Source of the DNA: an uncultured Flavobacteriaceae bacterium
GTDB lineage: Bacteria > Bacteroidota > Bacteroidia > Flavobacteriales > Flavobacteriaceae
Assembly: GCA_937959395.1 (NCBI GenBank)
Contig: CALGLR010000055.1
Span: forward strand, 9,603 to 73,602
Direction of reading: 5' to 3'
DNA: 64,000 bases
Part shown: positions 10,466 to 17,000 of the stretch, piece after piece
Numbering within the stretch: the first letter of the stretch is position 1
How the letters are laid out: every line of letters starts with the position of its first letter
Program-made: the position numbers and the translations under genes
The notes under the pieces: model-generated
Database searches by the model: none
Told to the model about the DNA's origin: nothing
What the model saw: the letters and a program-made list of their open reading frames with translations, nothing else

Positions 10466-10530
10466 AACTAAATAATTAGTTATACGATTCAAATATAACT
10501 ATTTTTTTAGTTTAAACTAATTATTTAGTT
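10466..10530. promoter_or_regulatory. candidate BlaI-type operator palindromes in the blaI promoter region
   Basis: AACTAAATAATTAGTT (10466-10481), TAGTTTAAACTA (10508-10519) and AACTAATTATTTAGTT (10515-10530). All share AACTA/TAGTT half sites. Confidence 0.4.
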
Positions 10531-10585
10531 TTAAAATGTAACATTTTTTTATTTTAAGCGTCTTATATATAAACAATACGATATT

Positions 10586-11083
10586 ATGGATATACTTTTT
10601 GCCTTTATTGGTTTATTATTTATGTGTTTCGGTTTAATTGGCAGCTTTCTGCCCGTTCTTCCTGGTCCAACATTAAGTTGGGTAGGCTTATTAATGCTTT
10701 ATTTAACTAATGCTATTGATAATGATTGGACTTTCCTTGGAATAACATTAATAATTGCCCTTATTGTTTTTGCACTAGATTATATTATTCCTGCTATAGG
10801 TACCAAGAAATTTGGAGGCACAAAAGCAGGTATGATTGGTACCTCTATAGGTTTAGTTATTGGTATTTTAGCTCCTATTCCTGGCGGAATAATTATTGGC
10901 CCTTTCTTTGGCGCTTTACTAGGAGAACTTTATAACAAAGCAGATTCGACGACTGCGTTAAAAGCGGCATTCGGTTCTTTTTTAGGGCTTTTAACTGGAA
11001 CCTTTTTAAAGTTTATTGTCGCAATAATCTATTTTGGATTTTTTATAAAAACGTTTTGGGAGCACAAAGACCTTATTTTTTAA
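10586..11083 (+). CDS. DUF456-like small membrane protein
   Basis: 165 aa, 4 Gly-rich TM helices (GSFLPVLPGP...IPGGIIIGPFFGALLGE). Confidence 0.6.
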   Translation: MDILFAFIGLLFMCFGLIGSFLPVLPGPTLSWVGLLMLYLTNAIDNDWTFLGITLIIALIVFALDYIIPAIGTKKFGGTKAGMIGTSIGLVIGILAPIPGGIIIGPFFGALLGELYNKADSTTALKAAFGSFLGLLTGTFLKFIVAIIYFGFFIKTFWEHKDLIF

Positions 11084-11341
11084 TATAAACACATCTCTTT
11101 TATCCTTTAATAATACCAAATGAATTTCAAAAGTCATTGTTTTAAATTTGAATTATTTTTTATTTACATGAAATAGAAATCGTAAGATTCATAAAATCAT
11201 TAATTTAAAATATAGAATCGTAAACTAAAATATAAGCACAGCATTAGTTACGGTTCTATTTTCTACTGAAATATGAATGAAAAAGAAACCTATTTAACCA
11301 ATAATTTTGATGTTCATTTGGTATAACCATCAAAAAACTGT

Positions 11342-11470
11342 AAAAAGAAACCCTATGTTTTCGAGAGAAAACATAGGGTTATTGTGTAAATGTGCTATTA
11401 CCAACTAATCCCCATTAGTGAGTAACCTAATTTGATTGTTCATCTAATTTACAAAAAATAATAGTTGCTT
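11342..11470 (-). ncRNA. candidate sRNA, copy A (5-prime end approximate)
   Basis: Repeat unit ending in a 14-bp stem (11349-11380) plus U-run on the minus strand, with a 28-nt invariant block next to the terminator. Conserved CTTAGTTTATGTAAA promoter-like box upstream. Confidence 0.4.
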
Positions 11471-11491
11471 TTACATAAACTAAGCGCTCAC

Positions 11492-11511
11492 ATTACGGTT
11501 TCTCCCGTAAT
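11492..11511. promoter_or_regulatory. inverted repeat ATTACGG-N6-CCGTAAT upstream of sRNA copy A
   Basis: Read directly. Same position relative to each repeat copy. Confidence 0.3.
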
Positions 11512-11537
11512 TATTTAATTAATAATCAGAAAACTAC

Positions 11538-11668
11538 AAAAAAGAGGAAACCCCATGTTTTCGAGAGAAAACATAGGGTTATTGTGTAAATGTGCTATTA
11601 CCAACTAATCCTCTTAGTAAGTAACCTAATTGATTGTTAATCTAATTTACAACGAATAATGCTTGGTT
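11538..11668 (-). ncRNA. candidate sRNA, copy B (5-prime end approximate)
   Basis: Same unit as copy A. The stem substitution at 11554 keeps pairing (G-U) only in the minus-strand transcript. Confidence 0.4.
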
Positions 11669-11689
11669 TTACATAAACTAAGTGACCGT

Positions 11690-11709
11690 ATTACGGGTTT
11701 TCCCGTAAT
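11690..11709. promoter_or_regulatory. inverted repeat ATTACGGG-N4-CCCGTAAT upstream of sRNA copy B
   Basis: Perfect 8-bp arms, read directly. Confidence 0.3.
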
Positions 11710-11732
11710 TATGATGATTTTCACCTAATAAT

Positions 11733-11892
11733 CTCAGTTCGACATAAAATGTTAGTGATCAAAGACCGTCAATTCAAGTAAATTTTTGCAACACAGCGAA
11801 AAAAAATAGTGTCCAGAATAGGTTTTTGATACGAAAATCACTGTTCTCGATACACTTCTCCTTAAGTCGAAGCACTCGAACTGACGTGATTT
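11733..11892. repeat. MITE-like ~160-bp element (inverted copy of 20572-20732)
   Basis: Contains CAGTTCGA...TCGAGAACAG...CTTAAGTCGAAGCACTCGAACTGACGTGATT. Aligns by eye with the reverse complement of 20572-20732. Confidence 0.6.
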
Positions 11893-12043
11893 AGAGAGCA
11901 ATTCAGAGGTGTAAATTTCTTCTTATTCAGATTATACTTAAATGGATAGTCCCCTATAATCTTACTTAATCCCTTGAGCCGTCATTTGGTACCTGCGTAG
12001 TCGAAGTTAGCATTAAAACAATTCTAATAAACACATAAATTTA

Positions 12044-12172
12044 TAAAAAGAAGAAACCCTATGTTTTCGAGAGAAAACATAGGGTTATTGTGTAAATGTG
12101 CTATTACCAACTAATCCTCTTAGTAAGTAACCTAATTGATTGTTAATCAAATTTACGACGAATATTAAGTGT
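12044..12172 (-). ncRNA. candidate sRNA, copy C (5-prime end approximate)
   Basis: Third copy of the unit, with terminator stem 12055-12086 plus U-run on the minus strand. Confidence 0.4.
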
Positions 12173-12195
12173 ATTTACATAACTAAGCGAGCTCA

Positions 12196-12215
12196 ATTAC
12201 GGGTTTTAACGTAAT
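12196..12215. promoter_or_regulatory. inverted repeat ATTACG-N8-CGTAAT upstream of sRNA copy C
   Basis: Arms are shortened relative to copy B, but the core ATTACG/CGTAAT is retained. Confidence 0.3.
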
Positions 12216-12245
12216 AGTTACTAATAACAACGTTTAGACTCGCAT

Positions 12246-12290
12246 AAAAAAACTGTTAAAAACACAGAAATTAACATTTTGTTAACAGTT
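12246..12290 (-). terminator. intrinsic terminator after the response-regulator gene
   Basis: Minus strand reads ACTGTTAA-(loop)-TTAACAGT followed by a run of 7 T. Lies 17 nt after the RR stop. Confidence 0.6.
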
Positions 12291-12306
12291 GTGATTTGTG
12301 TTTTCT

Positions 12307-12984
12307 TTACAAAATACCGCGTTCTTGCGCTGCTTTTAACAAAGACTCGTCTTTAGAATCACTTACCTCAAGTAGTTCTCGCAAATGTTTTTTCCGCTTT
12401 TCTATAGTACTTAGCGATACATCTATGTGGTCTTTTATGTTTTTTGTTTTAATCCCTTGAGAGATTAGATGAAGAATTTTAAGATTTGTAGCATCAATTT
12501 CTAAATCTGCTTTAGAAGATTTTTCTACAAATGCTTTTACGGTTTTACTATAAAACGGTGGTTGGGTTAATATCACATGAAATGCACTCGCTAATTCTCT
12601 AGCCGTAAGATCACTTTTTATTAAAAAACCTTCTGGAGCTATAGTATTAATTATATTCTGAATTCTAAAACCTTCATTAAACATGGTAAGAATAACGATT
12701 ATGGCTTCAGGTATTTTTTCACGCACACATTTAGCAAGGTCATAGCCTGATTTAAATTTCCCATCATTAGATGGTGGTATACTAATATCAAAAAACAACA
12801 TGTCGTAAGGATATCCACTAGCTATGGATCCTTCTATAGCTGCAATAGACTCATCACAGTTATTAGCCGTTTCAATAATAAGGTCGTGATTTGCGTTTTT
12901 GGTAGCCAGCAACGTATTTTTATACCCTTCGAGAATCATAGGGTGATCATCTGTCATTAATATTTTAATTGTTCTGGTGGCCAT
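12307..12984 (-). CDS. LuxR/NarL-family response regulator
   Basis: Receiver domain (ILMTDDHPMILEG, phospho-acceptor region MLFFDISIPP) plus C-terminal LuxR HTH (LKILHLISQGIKTKNIKDHIDVSLSTIEKRKKHL). Confidence 0.85.
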   Translation of the reverse strand: MATRTIKILMTDDHPMILEGYKNTLLATKNANHDLIIETANNCDESIAAIEGSIASGYPYDMLFFDISIPPSNDGKFKSGYDLAKCVREKIPEAIIVILTMFNEGFRIQNIINTIAPEGFLIKSDLTARELASAFHVILTQPPFYSKTVKAFVEKSSKADLEIDATNLKILHLISQGIKTKNIKDHIDVSLSTIEKRKKHLRELLEVSDSKDESLLKAAQERGIL

Positions 12985-13004
12985 ATATAATATATCGTCT
13001 CTTT

Positions 13005-15044
13005 TTAGTTAGGAACCTGAATGGTTAAGGTCGTTCCTTTGTTTAGTTTCGTATTAATTTTTAATTCGCCTTGTATTTCTTTTACTCTAGCATACATGTT
13101 TTTTAAACCAATGCCCTTTTTTGCTTTTTCTAAATCAAAACCTGCTCCATCATCTTTAATAATGAGTTTAATTTGGTCTTCGATTTGCTCAAAACTAATA
13201 TCTACTCGCGAACCTTTAGCATGCTTATATATATTTTGTAACGATTCTTGTATAATTCTATAACAATGCATCTTTACTTTATTCGTTAAAGACTCCCAAT
13301 TAATATCGTTATTCTCTTCTAAACTGTATTCTAAATTATAAGCACTTGTTTGTTTATCGACTAATGCCTTTACAATATCAAAATAGCCAGAGCTTGTAAC
13401 AAAATCGGTGTTTAATTCGTGTGATACTTTACGAATATCTTGTTCTATAGCTTGCAACTCTTCTATATAATTACCTCGTGTTTCTATCGCTTCATCTGTT
13501 TTACTAAAGTTTAAGCTATCTAAGCTTAGACGCACTCCAAACAAACGCCCAAGAACACCATCATGCAACTCTTGCGATATTTGTTTCTTCTCCTGCGCTC
13601 TACCCTGGTCTACCTTTTCTTGTTGTGATAGCATAAGGTTGTAGATCTCTTCGTTAAATTCTTGTTGTTTTTGAGCCAATTCTAACTCTTTATTTTTCTC
13701 TCGCTGTGTTTTGATAATATACAATAAAAATAATGTAATTGCTAATATCCCCGTAACCAAGAGTAACCACAAACGTTGCTTAGAAATTTGTTGGTTCTCT
13801 TCTTTTACTTCTATATTTTCTAGTTTTACTTCTTCGGTCTCATATTCTATACGTGCAAATTTATTACGTATAGCGCGTTCTGCTGTTTGAAGACTATCAC
13901 TGAGCTTAATTCTTTCAAGCAAATATTTTTTGGCATCTAAAGCAGGTTCTATTTTTGATTTGAGTTCAAGTGCAGTTATAACAAATTCATTAATATTTAA
14001 TTCTTTACCTAATTGATATGCTTTGTTTGCATAATGTAACGCCGAATCTTTTTCTTCAATATTTTGGAAGTATTCTGAAAAAAATAAACTAGCGGATATT
14101 ATTTCTACATCATTTTTTTTAGAAATGCTTATTGATAAAGATTCTCTATATAAATCTTCAAGTTCATTATTAGAAATATTTCCTTCTAAGAATTTAGTAT
14201 ATGCCAAACTAGATAGTATGATTGCATAAGTAGAAATATCTTTTTCTTTTAACCTTTTTTTTGTTTTTAAAAGATTATTATATCTTTTAATTGCTTCTTT
14301 ATAATTCCCTGATCGTCTATAAACATTAGCAATATTAACTAAAGAATATAAATTTAAATCATCGTTTTCTTTGATTTTTGATGAAAAACTTAAGGCTTTA
14401 TTATGATATTCTAAAGACTTATCATATTGTTTTAGTTTATTTGAAACTATTGCTAGAAGGTTATTAAGTTTCCATAATTTATCATATTTCCAATCGTTAT
14501 CTGGAAGACTCTCAGCAATTTCGATAGCACTAATAGCATTAACTTCTGAACCAATATAATCACGTTCAGTTTCTTGAAGGTCTGCCATATTATAAAGAAT
14601 TGAACACTGATTTTTATGATTCGAAAGATTTTTATATGCTTTTACAGCCTTATAATAGTAAAAATAAGCACTGTCACTTTTAAATTTATCGTGAAAATAA
14701 TATCCTAAAATTTGATTAGCATTTGCAATAGCAGACGAGTCTTTAATTCTTTTAGCCAAAAATAAGTTTTTATGATTTATTGGATATAATGAATCTATTT
14801 TACCATCAATTAGAAACAAGTATGACAGTGTTTTTTGGCTCTTTAAAATAGTAGAATCATTATGCTTTTTAGATAATTTTATTGCCTGGTAAGCAGATTT
14901 ATAACGTTCTTCAATAGTTAGTTTATTATTTTTAGCTTCAGAACGGAACTCAAGAATTTCATTTAATTCTTTTTCCTGAGCAAATACATTTATGCATGCT
15001 AAAAAAACTGTAAGATATAGGGTGATTTTAATCAATGTAAACAA
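13005..15044 (-). CDS. sensor histidine kinase with large extracytoplasmic TPR-like domain (HisKA_3 type)
   Basis: TTG start, signal-like N-terminus, ~390 aa of TPR-like helical repeats, single TM (LWLLLVTGILAITLFLLYII). Then a coiled coil, H-box ELHDGVLGRL and the HATPase motifs DDGAGF and GIGLKNM. Confidence 0.85.
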   Translation of the reverse strand: MFTLIKITLYLTVFLACINVFAQEKELNEILEFRSEAKNNKLTIEERYKSAYQAIKLSKKHNDSTILKSQKTLSYLFLIDGKIDSLYPINHKNLFLAKRIKDSSAIANANQILGYYFHDKFKSDSAYFYYYKAVKAYKNLSNHKNQCSILYNMADLQETERDYIGSEVNAISAIEIAESLPDNDWKYDKLWKLNNLLAIVSNKLKQYDKSLEYHNKALSFSSKIKENDDLNLYSLVNIANVYRRSGNYKEAIKRYNNLLKTKKRLKEKDISTYAIILSSLAYTKFLEGNISNNELEDLYRESLSISISKKNDVEIISASLFFSEYFQNIEEKDSALHYANKAYQLGKELNINEFVITALELKSKIEPALDAKKYLLERIKLSDSLQTAERAIRNKFARIEYETEEVKLENIEVKEENQQISKQRLWLLLVTGILAITLFLLYIIKTQREKNKELELAQKQQEFNEEIYNLMLSQQEKVDQGRAQEKKQISQELHDGVLGRLFGVRLSLDSLNFSKTDEAIETRGNYIEELQAIEQDIRKVSHELNTDFVTSSGYFDIVKALVDKQTSAYNLEYSLEENNDINWESLTNKVKMHCYRIIQESLQNIYKHAKGSRVDISFEQIEDQIKLIIKDDGAGFDLEKAKKGIGLKNMYARVKEIQGELKINTKLNKGTTLTIQVPN

Positions 15045-15259
15045 ATTTCATGTATTCAAAGTAATACATTTTATATAAATCTAGTTTAAAAATCTAAATT
15101 CATCAACTCATATGTATTTTAATTGAAAAATTTTATTTTCAAACTTTTTACAATTGTAAATTAATAGAGTTTCTTCTATGTAAGATTAAAGTTTAATATT
15201 ATGTCTGTTTACAAAAAGAAACATTAGTAAATTTTAAAACTTTGTTGATATTTAATTTT

Positions 15260-15439
15260 CTATCCCTGCCCTGGTACATCTTTTACCTTTATATCTATTA
15301 AAGCTGTCAACTTTACTTTTGGTTGATTGATCTCATGATTTGAAGATTCATTCTCTCCTGTTTCTTCTTTTAACTGGCTTATTCCTGTTAATAATGCAAT
15401 CGCAAAAATGGCTAGTACTGTAATTTTTAATGTTTTCAT
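15260..15439 (-). CDS. small secreted peptide paralog P1 (59 aa, not in ORF track)
   Basis: Hand translation: MKTLKITVLAIFAIALLTGISQLKEETGENESSNHEINQPKVKLTALIDIKVKDVPGQG. Confidence 0.6.
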   Translation of the reverse strand: MKTLKITVLAIFAIALLTGISQLKEETGENESSNHEINQPKVKLTALIDIKVKDVPGQG

Positions 15440-15472
15440 AATGTTTTATTTTTGTGTTATTCAATCAATTTT

Positions 15473-15652
15473 CTATCCCTGTCCTGGCACATCTTTCACC
15501 TTTATATCTATTAAAGCTGTCAACTTTACTTTTGGTTGATTGATCTCATGATTTGAAGATTCATTCTCTCCTGTTTCTTCTTTTAACTGGCTTACTCCTG
15601 TTAATAATGCAATCGCAAAAATGGCTAATACTGTAATTTTTAATGTTTTCAT
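15473..15652 (-). CDS. small secreted peptide paralog P2 (59 aa, not in ORF track)
   Basis: MKTLKITVLAIFAIALLTGVSQLKEETGENESSNHEINQPKVKLTALIDIKVKDVPGQG. Differs from P1 by one residue plus synonymous changes. Confidence 0.6.
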   Translation of the reverse strand: MKTLKITVLAIFAIALLTGVSQLKEETGENESSNHEINQPKVKLTALIDIKVKDVPGQG

Positions 15653-15685
15653 AATGTTTTGTTTTTGTGTTATTTAATCAATTTT

Positions 15686-15865
15686 CTATCCCTGTCCTGG
15701 CACATCTTTTACCTTTATATCTATTAAAGCTGTCAACTTTACTTTAGGCTGATTGATCTCATAATTCGAAGATTCCTTTGCTCCTGTTTCTTCTTTTAAC
15801 CGGCTTACTCCTGTTAATAATGCAATCGCAAAAATGGCTAATACTGTAATTTTTAATATTTTCAT
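15686..15865 (-). CDS. small secreted peptide paralog P3 (59 aa, not in ORF track)
   Basis: MKILKITVLAIFAIALLTGVSRLKEETGAKESSNYEINQPKVKLTALIDIKVKDVPGQG. Confidence 0.6.
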   Translation of the reverse strand: MKILKITVLAIFAIALLTGVSRLKEETGAKESSNYEINQPKVKLTALIDIKVKDVPGQG

Positions 15866-15897
15866 AATGTTTTGTTTTTGTTATTATAATTAATTTT

Positions 15898-16080
15898 CTA
15901 TCCCTGTCCTGGCACATCTTTTACCTTTATATCTATTAAAGCTGTCAACTTTATTTTCGGCTGGTTTACCTCATGATTTGAAGATTCATTCGTCCCAGTT
16001 TCAGTCTCTTTTAACTGGCTTACTCCTGTTAATAATGCAATCGCAAAAATGGCTAGTACTGTAATTTTTACTGTTTTCAT
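15898..16080 (-). CDS. small secreted peptide paralog P4 (60 aa)
   Basis: Track ORF: MKTVKITVLAIFAIALLTGVSQLKETETGTNESSNHEVNQPKIKLTALIDIKVKDVPGQG. Confidence 0.6.
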   Translation of the reverse strand: MKTVKITVLAIFAIALLTGVSQLKETETGTNESSNHEVNQPKIKLTALIDIKVKDVPGQG

Positions 16081-16452
16081 AATGTTTGGTTTTTTGTTAT
16101 TTTAATTAATTTTTTAAATTTTGGTCTCTAAGTGTTATGTCGTAAGTAATATGTATATACTACAATAAGCCGTATGAAATTATCATACAGAGCCCTTGTA
16201 AATCGTAATGTATTTTTTATTAAATAAGTTTAGTGACATTAAGGGATTCAATAAGTACCTCGAAGATATGGGCTATAACTAAAAGTGTATAAAATTACCG
16301 ATAAAGTCTGTTGTTTTTTGGATGAAGTGTTGTTTTACTTCATTTATCGATCGATAATCGATTTTTTATTTTTTTGCACATTCAAAAATAAGACATATCT
16401 ACTTAACTTTCAATAGATTATTACTATACATTAATAAATAAAATCATTGTTT

Positions 16453-16869
16453 TTAGGCCTTCTTTTTGTTTAGCTGTTTAATGTAAAAAGAGGGATAAAT
16501 ACCTACCTGTTTATAAAATGCTTTAGAAAACGACTCTGTATTATTAAAACCAACTTGTTCGGCTATCGCTTTAATGGTATAATTTCGAAGTTTACTATTT
16601 ACTTTTAAAGTTTCAATCGCATAGTTAATACGCAAGTTTTTTATATAGTTAGAATACGAATCGCCTTTGTAATGCTTTATAATTTTAGACAAATAAGACG
16701 AATTGGTTTCTAATTGCTTGGCTAAGCTATTTACCGTTAACTCGTTTAGTAAATATCCTTTTTGTGATTCAAATTGTTTTAGACCTTTTAAAACTGTTTC
16801 AATAATTTCTGGAGAAATATCTAATGAGGTAATTGTTGTTGTTTTCGGTAAAACATATATGACGCAAAA
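16453..16869 (-). pseudogene. AraC-family HTH domain remnant (N-terminally truncated)
   Basis: The open frame extends upstream of the track TTG to a stop at 16870-16872. It encodes ...ISPEIIETVLKGLKQFESQKGYLLNELTVNSLAKQLETNSSYLSKIIKHYKG..., a complete AraC double-HTH. There is no ATG/GTG start and no sensor domain. Confidence 0.5.
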
Positions 16870-17000
16870 CTAATAATTAAAACCATAAAATCTTATTTTA
16901 TTTGAAAAGCATCTGTAATGAACTCGATTTACTAAACATAGACGTTCTAGAAAAGACATAAGTGTATTACCCTTCTCTAAATTTTATCTAATTTTGCATT

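Noticed and set aside
11233-11341. Possible degenerate fourth copy of the sRNA-like unit (AAAAAGAAACCTAT..., GCATTAGTTACGGTTCT)
   Set aside because: Only short patches resemble the unit. The terminator stem and the 28-nt invariant block are absent.
15260-16080. RiPP or bacteriocin precursor cluster interpretation of the four peptides
   Set aside because: No maturation enzyme (radical SAM, cyclodehydratase, lanthionine synthetase), no C39-peptidase ABC exporter and no immunity-like gene lies within several kb. There is no GG-type leader cleavage motif. Not excluded, but unsupported by context.
15227-16113. Regular tandem repeat that could at first glance be taken for a CRISPR array
   Set aside because: The period is ~213 nt and the whole unit is conserved, including what would be spacers. 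Each unit is an intact ORF with synonymous-only differences in its 3-prime part. There are no cas genes in the window.
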